A stretch of 64,000 nt of DNA from Curvularia clavata (GCA_023920165.1 CP089275.1:3100001-3164000); one strand, 5' to 3'. Shown: positions 24,957 through 37,421, numbered from the stretch's first letter. Notes: generated by a model from the letters alone, not told the origin. Numbers and translations: made by a program.

Positions 24957-25925
24957 ATGATCATGGCGACAGTTCGCGAGGAAGCAGCCATGTCTAACCT
25001 TCCCAATATACACATGCGCAATCAACACGATTACACATACCGACTGCCTGAGTCGCCTCGGATCATGGTACCTCCGCCTACGCTTACCACTGATGTGCCG
25101 GAGGTAGCCCTCGGTGATAGCCCTAGAGAGGATGCGGATATAAGCTTTCTGAAGGAGTTAGATCTCAAGGATATCGTACAAAAAAACACCCTGCTGGACT
25201 GGGCATATGAACGGCGGAGGCAGGCGCAGATGATTCTGCCCTGGCTGTATCTCGGTCCCATGGTGGCGGCTAAAGACAAGGCCTTCCTCCAGCGCGAGGG
25301 CATCACTATGACTCTGGCTGTTCGTACACAGCCCAACAGTCTGATGGGTGCAATGCAGGCGGCCAGGGAAGTCTGTCTCGAGGTGAACAGCATTGAAGCC
25401 TCCAGCTTCTATGCTCTCGCACCCGCGTTTCCTCAGGCGACAAGAATGATCAACACACACATCGCAAAAGTTCGACAACATGCATTGGAAACCAACGGCG
25501 AAGCAGTGCTCGGTAAAATTTTGGTTTTCTGCGAGTCTGGCAACGAGAAGTCCGCAGCTGTGGTTGCTGCTTATCTGATGGAGACACTGAAGGATTTTGA
25601 CCACATCAAAGCCATGCAGATCTGCCAGGCGCAACGCTTCTGCGTCAATTACGACGATACACTCAAGCACATTTTGCGATCCTATTGGGACATCGTGGGA
25701 GCACGACGTGCTATCGCGGCTTCACAGATCCACGCACTAGATCAAGACGGCCAGAGCAACGGCCTTTCACAGCCTGGATCGCTATCGTTTCCGTCTGCAT
25801 CACTAAAGCAGAAGCGAGGTCTTGAAGAAATGCGATATGACGATGTTATGATGGACGAGGACATGGACGCATCGGACGCACTCCGTTTTGCCGATCGCGA
25901 CGTCACCCCATTTCAGGACCGTTAG
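24957..25925 (+). CDS. Dual-specificity phosphatase-like protein with an atypical P-loop
   Basis: ILPWLYLGP...FLQREGIT, then ILVFCESGNEKSAAVVAAYLM, a DSP fold signature. The start may be the ATG at 24957 or 24963. Confidence 0.8.
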   Translation: MIMATVREEAAMSNLPNIHMRNQHDYTYRLPESPRIMVPPPTLTTDVPEVALGDSPREDADISFLKELDLKDIVQKNTLLDWAYERRRQAQMILPWLYLGPMVAAKDKAFLQREGITMTLAVRTQPNSLMGAMQAAREVCLEVNSIEASSFYALAPAFPQATRMINTHIAKVRQHALETNGEAVLGKILVFCESGNEKSAAVVAAYLMETLKDFDHIKAMQICQAQRFCVNYDDTLKHILRSYWDIVGARRAIAASQIHALDQDGQSNGLSQPGSLSFPSASLKQKRGLEEMRYDDVMMDEDMDASDALRFADRDVTPFQDR

Positions 25926-26791
25926 GTAACATGTCTTGGGTATTTCGGCGGGCATGGAGGTCTTTTGGTTCTGGCGTCTTTTTGTTGTAGCATTATACCC
26001 AGCATGGTCCAGGGCGTTTTACTAATGGCGCAAAGTTCATGTAGTTCAGTAGGATCAAAGGGCGCATTGTTTTAGGACCAAGCATACTAGATGATCGCTG
26101 CCTCATACGACATATGACTGTCATAGGGTAGAAACGTGTAAATATCGTTGTCTTTAGAAATGCACGTAATACAGTTCCTTGCTTCGGATTTCTCTAGCTC
26201 TGGTTTCTGAATGAGCCATGCTCAACCAGCAATCGACCATTCTCCAACGTCGTAGAGCGTCGATACCTTCCTCGTGCTGTGAGCGATTGAAGATCATAAT
26301 AGTTATCAAGTGAAATAACAGGCAGCCACTTCGCGTGATGACACCGCTTACCCATGGTTCTCACAACCCAAGACCACCCAGGAAATAGCGATTGCTAACA
26401 CTTATCTTGATTTCCCTAGATCACTATTGCACAGCATGGTCGACAGTAAGTATTGAGTACCTGTTGTTTCAGGACACTGTACAATAGCACAGTGTCCTTG
26501 CATGTTGAGCACCCGTCGCTTTCCATTGTATTTTTGCCGCTGATTGGCATATATTGATACCAAACCATTCTTGCATATACAAAACTACCAGTCCCAATTA
26601 TTGCAGCTACTTGACTGCTTTATGAACAAGGGCAACCAACAGGTAGATGTTCCACCAGTCCCGTACTCTATGGACCATGGCACAGCTTGCCATTTGCAAT
26701 TATTTTCACTCAAATCATCCCAACCAGGCTCCGATTGTAAACACCCCTCGTCATACACTTTATTTTCATTTGATCTTACACTAACACGATA

Positions 26792-26846
26792 CTCCTCTTC
26801 CTCCTCCTCCTCCTCCTCCTCCTCCTCCTCCTCCTCCTCCTCCTCT
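26792..26846. repeat. (CCT)n microsatellite, about 17-18 units
   Basis: Directly visible run ctcctcctcc... just upstream of the ATG at 26878. Confidence 0.95.
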
Positions 26847-26877
26847 TGTGCATTCAGATACAGCACCCAATATTACC

Positions 26878-27678
26878 ATGAATGCCGACGGCACTATGGA
26901 TCCCAGGATTCTCCTCCGTAAGAGTCCTCCGCAGCCACCACCCAACCTCCTTTCCATGCAAGATGCGCTAAGTCTGGCCACGCATGTAAGGGAATCCGCT
27001 CAGTCGCAATCCAAACCGAAGAATAATGACGCCACAATATCTCGAACGTGTGGACGATGCGGCACGACTGGCCATATAGCGATCGAGCTTGATGACGACG
27101 GCATGTACAAGGTACCTCGCGCTGTTCCGTCTTCACTCCTCACTCCTCACGACCAAAGACCAAAAAGGCCGTGCAAAAACGAGTATCTAACACTTCCACA
27201 TCAGTGTCCCATCCGCCGCACCGAAAGTCTACTACCCGCTGCCGAACTCGACCTCCGCCGCGCCCAGGCGAGCGCCGAAATCGAAGCCATCAAAAAAAGC
27301 CCGTCCCAGAGCACTGCCAACACGCCTTCGCATTCACCCACCATGATGTCTTCTCTGCCCGCCGATCCATTCAACCGAAACTGGCATACCCCCTCCCTCA
27401 TGGCAGCTCGCAAATGGAACCATCCTAAACCGCCCAAGAACAGAGAACAATACATTGAGTATATGGAACGAGAGAATTTGCAGCTGCCCATCTGGAGAGT
27501 GAACTATTTCGAGCTGTACATATCGTTGCAGAAGGGCAGTACCTCGGAAAGACATCCGTATCAGGCGGGTCGTATGCGTATGGTCAAGTTGTATTTGGCG
27601 AATCTGAAGCTTGTGCGTGATGCTAAGGCGAAGAGTAGGGCACAGTCGGAGAAAGTGGACAAGAACGTTGCGAAATGA
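26878..27678 (+). CDS. Hypothetical zinc-knuckle protein (probable intron 27112-27204)
   Basis: ACCATG start. CGRCGTTGH...C is completed as CGRCGTTGHIAIELDDDGMYK|CPIRR after removing a GTACCT...CTAAC...CAG intron. Confidence 0.6.
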   Translation: MNADGTMDPRILLRKSPPQPPPNLLSMQDALSLATHVRESAQSQSKPKNNDATISRTCGRCGTTGHIAIELDDDGMYKVPRAVPSSLLTPHDQRPKRPCKNEYLTLPHQCPIRRTESLLPAAELDLRRAQASAEIEAIKKSPSQSTANTPSHSPTMMSSLPADPFNRNWHTPSLMAARKWNHPKPPKNREQYIEYMERENLQLPIWRVNYFELYISLQKGSTSERHPYQAGRMRMVKLYLANLKLVRDAKAKSRAQSEKVDKNVAK

Positions 27679-28019
27679 TTAGCGTTGGTGTTCAGGACGC
27701 AGGGTTGCGTAACGCCTGATCTGAACAAGAGTCGGGAAGGGATAAAAACCGGTGGTTTGTTTTGAACATGTGCTCGGGTTTGAACATTTCGAACGTTTTG
27801 CGTTGATGATACCACGCTGAGAATTGTCTTCGTTTCATTAGGATCAAAAAGTTGGGGGAAGGTAATACTGGTCGAGGGTCAATTCGCGCGCCCATGCATC
27901 ATAATTCCCTCGTACGGATGTATGCGTAGATTCATTCTCGATCCAAATAAAAGGGTATAAAGCGTCTTCTCGTCGTTTACATGCCACATCCACTGAACTC
28001 CCTTCTCACAACCTCCCGC

Positions 28020-30533
28020 TTAGCTAAACTGATCTCCGTGCTCTTTGTCACCCCCAATCCTCCTCCCCGCAATCATGCCCTGACTCAGCTTCCAGCGCCA
28101 CCGTCTTTCCCTCTCCTCTTTCTCACGTTCTTCCCTTTGCCTCTTCTTGCGTTCATACACGGCCCTCACGGTGCGCTTGGTGCGCTCAGCACCCTCATTG
28201 TAGTTTGCGCGTGCCAGTTCCACAACGCTGTCAATTTGCTCAGGCGTGTAAACGAAATTCCATGTCGACATGAAATCACTGACCTTTGGGTCTACACCGG
28301 GGACTTTGGGGTTAGCGAGGAAAGGAAAGTATATGACTGTGATGCCTGAATCAGGGCGCATGAGCTCCCAGTCCTCTTCGACTTGCTTGCTTTCTGGGTG
28401 CGAGGAGTCAGAGGTACGTTCTTCGGTTGTACCCACCCAGATGTTGCAGTAGCCCAAGTCTTCGCTCTTCTTCTTGCTGGGATCGACCTTGTTTTTGGCT
28501 TGGTCGAGTTTCTCTTGGGCTTCTTGTTCTGTTTTGGCTTCGGCGCGATCAAGATCTTCTTGTATTTCTTCCATGGACTCGCCCGAGGGTGGCCAGCCCG
28601 CACCTACAGGCCATCCCTTGATACCACGCTGGCGAGCATATCCGTCTGCGACTTTGAGCCAGTTGTCGGTTTTCACGTCAGCAGAAGCGTCAAATGCGAC
28701 GAGTATGTCTACATTACGCCCTGGGCGGAGCAGAGGGTAGATAGGCAGGTTGTTGGACATGCCAGCATCCATGAACTGAAAGTTCTTTTGTTCAAATATA
28801 CTCTCAGGACAGGTAGGGGGAAGAAACTCGCGCATGCCAAGAGCGTAGTTGGGCATTGCAGCTGGGTCGATGGGGTGGACTTTAACAAGGTCATCGTCCC
28901 GTTCCGCAATCATGGCGTCTATGCTACTGCCCAGACCTGTCAGGTTGCGCAATAATGGGCGGATTTCGCGGTAGTAGTGCGATAGCGTTGCACAGAAAGC
29001 GGACCCCCAAATACCCATAAGCAATGGGACACGCACCTCAGGCAATGCCAGACCGTTCTCTCGCCAGACTGTTCGACCGTTTTGAAAACGTCGGCCCATT
29101 GCCCAAGTAGGTATACCAGCTGACAGTTCCTCGCACCACATCTCATACGGGGTGAACTCGAACCATTGAAACCAGGCTTCCTTTCTCGCCTTCTCCTCAG
29201 CCGCGACAGGATCCTTGGTGTCTGCTTGCTCGGCCAGAGGGATCTCGTGTCGCACAGCTGTGTAAATTGGAAGTGGTTGTGAGCCATTGTCGGTAAAGCG
29301 TCGCTGATTGGAGATCTTGAAATCGTACTCGCTGACGGATAGCTCGCCCTTGGGTACAAGTAGGCGGGCAGCAAGCAAGGCGCCATATATATCCACAAGG
29401 CCAAAATCAGCATCTGGGATACCCTTGGCCTTCTCGACAAGACCGCTCAGAAGGTACTTGCTCGTTGGCGCACTGACTAGCAATTCGAGGGCATCGGGGG
29501 GGAAGGCAATGTGCACACCAAGCCTGTTTTTTAGATGGCGGATCATGCGGGCATGGCTGCGTTGGCTGAGATCCGAGTAGTAGAGTGTTTGCAGCCAGCA
29601 ACTGCCACTGACTCCCGCCGTATATGTGACACAGTCGAACAAGCCAGCTTCTTTCGTAGACAAGTATGAGGATGTACCTGCAACAAGAGCGCGCAGCCCT
29701 CCTCCAGAGCCGCACATCGCAATGACAGGAACATCATCAGGATGTATCGTAGCTTCCGGGATGTCGAGATAGCGTGCAAGTGCCGCCTTGGTAAAGTGTG
29801 CACGCTTCTCCAAAAAGGACTTTTCTTCCTGACAGAGTTCATTGGAAACTCTGACAGAAGCGTCCCAAACAATTTCCGGATTGATCTCGGGATCATTGGC
29901 CTCATACCATATCTCCTCAGCTAGAGAACCCGGAGCCATTGAGAGCTCTTTCTGCAGCTTGCGGATGAAGCTGGGCATTGACTTGACCCAATTGGGCACA
30001 ATGTAGTCGATGATGGTATCGCCAATCTTGGAGGGGGACGGCGACTTGGGGAATTTGTCTGTGATGGTCTGCCAGGCGGACTGGTTCTCTCCACCTCGGC
30101 CGTCCTCGCCGCTGTAGCCCTTTGCAACGCGAGTCTGGGGAGGAGCATCCTGCTCTCCCGGCTTGCCTTCCGCCTCTTTGTTTATCTGCCTCTCAGCATC
30201 CCCGACGGACGTGGAGTCTGTCTTGTTATCATTGTTGCCGAAAATGTACCGCTTCAGAGAGGGTGCATCGAGATGGATAGGGCGGAACAATGGACATGGA
30301 GAGTCAGTGGAGACCAGAAGGCCAGTGACAGTGGTCGCAAGCAGAAAGGGAGGGCCATAGCGAAGGCCAAGGGCGGCAGCTCTGGACCTGTGGGATGCTG
30401 GGCAATGCTTCGTGTGCAGGCTGTACAATCAGCATACGAGGGTGGGGTGATGGAATTCTGGGTGGACTTACCCACGACGCGTGCCGCGCAGCCAGAGCTG
30501 CCCCAGATTGCGCGTGTTCCTATAGCCGGCCAT
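28020..30533 (-). CDS. Cytosolic phospholipase A2-like / lysophospholipase catalytic-domain protein (intron 30421-30471)
   Basis: SGGGLRA, catalytic GVSGS and DAG motifs. Exon 1 MAGYRNTRNLGQLWLRGTRRG joins in frame through GTAAGT...CAG and resembles a mitochondrial presequence. Confidence 0.9.
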
Positions 30534-31155
30534 GCGCGAAGCTGGTGGGGAATGGAGTGTATGTGTATAGCAGAGGTGGGATCATGCGCAATATCTGCAT
30601 GGAGCAGCCCACCATGGCTGAGCTGATGGGGACACCCTCAACATGACGAGTCGCGCATGCCAAAATCCCACAAACTCGTTGCGGGATCGTACCGATCGAA
30701 TGATGATCCGCATGTCGTATGCCAAGCCATGCAGGAACACCCATAACCTGGCCAGAACACATCCTTGTCTTCACCCCACTGCACGTGCTTTTGCCTGACA
30801 GCACGCTACAACGGCAGTTCTGTGGATAGCCTCTATGTCAAGTATTTCCATTAACCAGTGAAACACGACTTCTCTCACTTGAGATTGCAGCCCATCATGT
30901 ATCTCCTCACCGTAAGGAGGCCAACCTATGTGTCGTCTCTCACCTCTTGGTGCCAACTTCACTTGCACGATGCTTTCTCTCACTCCATAGACTATTTATT
31001 CCTTCCTTCCCTTATAACTTGCTACTTCCCCATCTTCTCTCTACACTTGACTTCTTGTGCAGTTGTCTACTCCGTCATCAGATTGCTACCAGAGATTCAT
31101 CCACATCTCCACTGCAGCAATAGGATACACAGGAACACCACTACACTAACGCAAC

Positions 31156-33848
31156 ATGACGTCTTCACAGAAGCGGAGTTTCAAGGAGTTGCAGGGTGCC
31201 ACCATTGACGATGACGAACTGCTGCAGGAGCCTTGGTATGCAATCAATCCAGATGAGATCGTGATGATGGTCGAGAACATGTGCGACAAGCTCACTGCTC
31301 CACTGCAAAAGTACACCAACATCGATTCGCGCTTCCAGGATGTGATCGATGCTGTCAACAGGAAGAGAAAGCTGCCCGATGTCAGACAGTTCAACGTAGC
31401 GGTACTGGGAGAGCAGGGTACGGGAAAAAGTTCTGTTATCAATGCCCTGTTAGATCGAGGATTACTGGATCGATCCGGTTCTTCCAAGGCGTGTACCGCG
31501 TACGCAACTATACTGGAATACAAAAAGAGTGCTTCGGACCAGACAAACTTGAGTGATCTCACTGTCGAGTTTCTTAACGAAGAAGAGATCAGGCATATCA
31601 TCAAGGAGCAGATTAATCACTGGACTGACGTCTATCCTGGCCACAAAAAAGGTCATGACTCTTTACTAGATGCTGATGCTGATGAAGACGAGGATGAGGA
31701 TAGAAAGTTCCAGCTACCAGCATACAAATCCTTGAATGCGAGCTCTCGTGGTGCCCTTACTGCTAAGGAGTTCTTTGAGATCGTTTTCAATGTTCGAACA
31801 TGCAGTGAAACCAGAACTTGGCTCGAGAAGCAGCTTCATCATACCAATATCCAAGAAGGAGATTTTTTCGAGACATGTTACGAGAAGGCGCGGTCTAGGT
31901 TCGCGCAAATGGATAAAGAGAAAAAAGAGTTCAACCTCGAGATGCGGAAGGCTCGCTGTATTAATGTCCCTGACAGAAAACTCTGGAAGGAGACTACCGT
32001 CATCAAAGAGTTATGGCCATTTGTAAAGGCAGTAACGATCTCGACTGGACATGTACTTCTGCGCCACGGCCTACGCCTTTTTGACCTGCCTGGTGAGTCT
32101 CTGAGCAGTTTTTTGAGAGAAAATGCTGATAGATTAGGATATGGTGACATGAGCCAGCTCCGCGAAGCGGTCGTTAACAACTTTCGAAGAGAGGCAGACT
32201 TCGAAATGGTCATTGCTCCATTTTCACGCCTTCAAACCAGCGTGGTGCAAGAGCGATACATAAACTGGTCGATCCATCTGAAAGGGGCGAACAAAACCAT
32301 TCTTGTGATGAACAAATCAGATGTAGGTTTCTAAACACCTTTTCCACATGTCTTACTAAATTCCTATTTCAGGAGCTCCTGAATGAGGATAACATGGGAA
32401 CACAACTCAGTGAGATCAACGAGGATCCATTTTCGTCTTTGAGAGAACGCCTAGAAGCGATTGAAGACATGCAAAACAGTAACGACCTGAAAAAGGAGGA
32501 TGATCTGGAATGCCAGGGAGGGATAGATGATCAAACCATTTCAGGTCTTTTGGACGAAATCGTGAAAGAGATCATTATTGCATACATCAAATATGAAACA
32601 GCAAACGTTCAGAAGATGATGCATCCCAAGGGAATCAGGGTATTCTCAGTATCGGCACTGGCTCATACAAGAGCAATGAATCGCCGCCGGAAAGGGACTG
32701 ATGTTCTCGACGAGAAGACAGCAGGTATCCTTGAACTGAGAAACTTCTTGGCAAAGCTACCGGCAGTAACCAATTATCAAAACTACCATGATCATGTCTA
32801 CAGAGCTCTGGTAGAACTGCGTAAGGAAGCCGCGCACCCCTTGGAAAGGCATCTGGAAGACGAGACATATGCAGCGATGCGACACGATCTGGGAAAACAG
32901 ATCCAATCACTCGGAAGAGAACTTCAAGGTCATTCCGACAAACTATCACATGAACTTTTGGAACCGCCTTGGTCTGGCCATGACAAGCAAAACATCGTCG
33001 GCAGCATAAAACATTTGACGGAGGAGGTCTGGACACATCCAAACATACACGCGTCGGGGTATGCGAAGATGCTCCGTGAGAATGGTATCCCGGTGAATGG
33101 CAAGTATCATGGGCGAAACATGAACGCAGAGCTTCTCAGTACCATGGAGAAGCATATTAATAGGTGGTGCGAGGATATGAATTTCAAAGCCGGACGCTTG
33201 GCTCAATTTATTTTCAAGCCAGTCAAAGCACTCTTGCTCAGGACTCAATTGGCAATAGACGAGTCCTCAGCGCAGCTCGCGCTCAAGCATGTAGCCACTG
33301 AGGAGCTGCGTCTTGCCAGCCAGCGCATTGAGGGAATTCATAACACGCTCCTCACAAACTTGCGCAATTCTCTGGCGAAAACTCATCTGTACTTCACGAC
33401 CGAGATTGACATATACTGTCCTATAGCCAAGGAGATGAAGGCTTGCTACGACCGCGCTTTGGACCGCGAGCTAGTTCATTCCGGCAGTGGAACCTACAGC
33501 AGGCAACGCAGAGTCCTCTGCGCATCTATTATCAAGGGATCCGACACCGGTATTCGACCACTCGTAAAGAAGATTGAGGAGCTGCTCCAAACGCAGCAAC
33601 GAAAATGCTGGGAGGCAGACTGCAACACCTTCATTGTCGACACTATCGACCAGCTTAACAGCTTCTTGAACACCACTAAACAATTCCTTCAATCTGCTTC
33701 ATACATAACAGTAGAGCATTTCCAGGCTCGTAGCGAGCTTATGAAGTTGCTCGCTGACTTCGATGCTGACCTCCGGGAAATCCAGAGCCGTTTCGAAAAC
33801 AACGCGGAGGAGCATATTGGAAAGAAAGCCAAGTACAAAGATTCTTGA
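31156..33848 (+). CDS. Dynamin-superfamily large GTPase, SLIP-GC/NUGGC-like (introns 32093-32137, 32323-32372)
   Basis: G1 GEQGTGKSS, G2 ACTA, G3 DLPG|YGD and G4 NKSD, followed by a long helical C-terminal region (about 860 aa spliced). Confidence 0.8.
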
Positions 33849-34616
33849 TTCTGATTTATACTTAGGCATTTAACCTTACTTGCTTGCTCTTGTGTTTAAC
33901 ATTGATTTTCCTTCTTTTCTGACATTTTATGACGAATCTGCACTGAGACGGAATCCAAGCAGGCCACATTCATGGCTCTGCACTCTGGTAGTCTTTCCCA
34001 AAAGCATGATATTTGCAAGCATTCCAGATGACTTCTTTGTTCTTTCATCAGGATACATAAAGTATGCATCATGATACAATATTATTATCTTACTCTTCTG
34101 AAACTAGACTTTTTCGTCATGTCTAATAATACCAAAGGCAGTTATGCGCTGCCAAGAACTGGATGAGACACAAGAAGCGGTTTTGGCGGTGTCAGGAAAC
34201 GGCTGCCCGCGGTCCCGCTGCGGTGCGGGCCCATGCTACGTAATGCGGCCTTTGCATTGCGTACATTCTGCCATGATGTGTTGAGACTGATAGGCATAGG
34301 GTGTCTCGCAGAGGTCCATGATTTTCCCGCCATGGCGCAGCATGTCTCTGCAGTCCGGGGACGGTCCACCGAGGCCGGACCCTGGTCCGACAGAGCAACG
34401 TCTCCACGACAGCTCTCCACAAGCATCCCCTCACATACCATCGCACGCCAACTCGGTAGACTTCTCCTATTCGGGATCCCCTCATTTACTATATTTTAAT
34501 ATTCTACCTCATGTTCGCTTCATTTATACGTATCGATTAGTTATAATAGGGGCCGCTCTTTCTATCGCCCACGCGTCCAAGCCTCGAGGCAGTCGCGAAT
34601 CTCCCCAGCAATCGCC

Positions 34617-36541
34617 ATGGTCGCCCCACGCAGGACTGCGCTCCTTGAGGAGAGTGCGGAAGTCGAAGTACTCTTCGCCAACATGGAAAAGATGAAGGCT
34701 ATCACAAAGAAAATCCAGGGGTCTGTCAATCGGCTGGATGCGAGCGGAAAGGCAGTGCAGGAAGCCATTGGCCCAATCTATGGCAATACCCAAAAACTAC
34801 AGATTGCGAACACAAACGTCGATCGCATCATTGATGCGATAGAAAGGCTTCGTGCGCCGCGGCAAGAGAGCGCCAAGGAGGAGAGGATCATTCGCGCCGG
34901 TCCGGGAAGAGGAGACCTTGACAGCTACATCGCTTCTCTGGACCGAACGAATCTCAACTTGCTAGACTTAAAGCGTACCAACCTACGTTCGAACGAACAA
35001 GCCATCACGGAGCTCAGCGGACTATTGAAACTAGGCAATAAGCAGTTGGAGGAAGTGTTCCGAGGCATACTACAAGAAAGTTGTAGAGAAAAGGTCCAGG
35101 CGCTTGAATATGTCGCCAAGCGTAAGTTGGTTGTATGCTGCAAGCAGAGGGAGTCTGACCATGTACAGAAAATCCATTTCCACGCATGGCGCAGGACAAG
35201 CTGCAGAGCCTACGCAGCATCCATAACCACATCTCGAAAACGTTTGCCCAAACATCCCAGGTCGATTTATCACAGACACCTACACGCAGAATCTATGCCG
35301 ATGTTCGGGGTGAATATCTGGAGAGTACACTGAGAAGCTTGATGCAAGCATCCATAAGCACAGCCCGCAAGGTTCAGGCTGACGCCTTGTACAAGAAGGG
35401 CACCAATGGCATGGGGACCTACGTGCAGGCGATAGAAGGGCTTTTTGTGGCCGAGTTTGACAACTTGAACTACATCTTCGACAGGGAGGAATGGAGCGAC
35501 GTCTACACATCAACGTGCCAGGTTTCCCTGCAAGACTTCAGTAAAACGCTGCGCGAGCTTAACGGGCATATCCAGAAGAACATCCTAACAGACTGTTTCC
35601 TGGGCTTTGAGATTTGCGGACTGGTGCGGGCATTGTCGATGAGACTTCAGAAGCAGACAGGAGCGCTTAAGGATCAGATCTACGACAGCGTGAAGCCGAT
35701 ACGCGAAACATCCAAAACGTCGTTGGGTAAGATGCTTGACGACACTAGGTCTAACACACAGGCTCTGGTTGCACTCCCCATTGACGGTGGCCCGGTAGAG
35801 ATCACGACACAGACAATGCGACGCCTACAGGAGATGACAAACTACCTAGAACCTCTTACATCTATTCTGGCATCGTTGGGTGAGGGTGGGTGGAACTCGA
35901 CTTCGGCCAACAATTCGTCAACGACATTGGATGTTGGGCCTGACGGCGTGAAGCTGTTCGGATCCTATGCGGGCGACACGGTGGATACGTTGCTACAAAA
36001 CTTGAATGGGAAGGCAAAGATGCTACTCAAGGGCAAAAATCTGCAGGGCGTCTTCATGGCGAACAACATTGCCATTATTATGCGAATCATCCGGTCGTCG
36101 GAATTAGCACCGCTGATGGAGAGCTACTCCAAGAAGCTAGCGGACTGGGCGAAGCAAAGCACAGCCATGTACCTTGAAGCATGGCGAGAACCGTCTGGCT
36201 ACTTGCTCGATGTGCAGTACACGAACCGTACCAAGGAACGGCCTACGTCGAGTGGTGCTGACTCTGCCGCTATTGTGAAGTCGCTCAGCTCCAAGGACAA
36301 GGACGCAATCAAGGAGAAGTTCAAGAACTTCAACACGAGCTTCGAAGACCTCGTTACTCGACACAAGTCATATGCAATGGAGCTGGAAGTGCGGAACCAG
36401 CTGTCCAAGGAGGTGCAGAACATCATTGAGCCGCTGTACAACCGGTTCTACGACCGATACCGGGAGATTGACAAGGGAAAGGGCAAGTATGTCAAGTACG
36501 ACAAGACGGAGCTAAACAAGGCTCTGGCGAGCTTTGCGTAG
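34617..36541 (+). CDS. EXO70: Exocyst subunit Exo70 (intron 35122-35168)
   Basis: EESAEVEVLFANMEK N-terminus and C-terminal SSKDKDAIKEKFKNFNTSFEDL...YNRFYDRY...KYVKYDK. The intron joins the two ORFs in frame. Confidence 0.95.
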
Positions 36542-37421
36542 CGCGGCGGCTTTGGGCGTTTGGTTGGGCTGGATTTTGTTTGCTTTGGCGACGCGCAGAA
36601 TACCCTTTGATTTGCATACATAAGCCATACGGGCCGACGCGTAGTAATCTGACACATTTGCGAGGTGCATGTCGCGCCACGCAATAGGACCGCAATGATT
36701 GACCGTGGGATGGACGCACTCCGTACATTTACTAGTGCTGAAGCCCATGCTCGTGCCCTCCTCATTTCGCGTCACGTGATGCTCCCTTCTTGGAACACGA
36801 CCCTACGCGACTACCGCATCCAGGCCGAGCACAAGAACACAAACGCTGCTGGCTACAAGTGAAAGCTGTCCACTGCTCTCCTGACAACTCCCCGTCGGCA
36901 ACCCGAGCGTCTCCCACTCTACGCCTCTGCTTGCTTTTTTTCTTCTCTTCTTCTATCTGCAGCTTGTTTCGACGCCGGCACGCTCTGCGGGTGGTGACGC
37001 GGGGATTTTTGGTCTAGTGCACATTGCTTTGGCGCTGCTCCAATCGCGCCCATCCCTGTGCGGACCCCTTTCCTCTATCCAGCGACGGACGGGCAACCAC
37101 GACTTCCCTTTCCAACGTCGCAGCCTCCGGACACCACGCCATTTTTCTTCGCAGCCTCCGGCCCTTTTTTCAATTCATTGCTTTGAGTGCATCCCTCACT
37201 CGACAGCATCCCTTACCCCCAACTGGTACGTTGCTCTTGCCTGCACTCCTCATTCCACCTGATTTGTCCACTTTTGGGCTGGTCCGCGTTGTCACTTTTG
37301 TTTGGCAGCGACACGCATGCCCACCGCATTTCGGGCATTGGAACCGCTGCTGACGCCGCCTCATCTACAGGAGTCCCTCACTTGACGACACTTTACCTGC
37401 GTCTCCTGCTTTGTTTACACC

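Noticed and set aside
26104..26140. 5S rRNA-like start (catacgac...catagggt)
   Set aside because: The similarity is broken and does not continue into internal 5S motifs.
26585..26981. Poly-Glu, poly-Ser and poly-Gly ORFs
   Set aside because: These are translations of the (CCT)n microsatellite in different frames.
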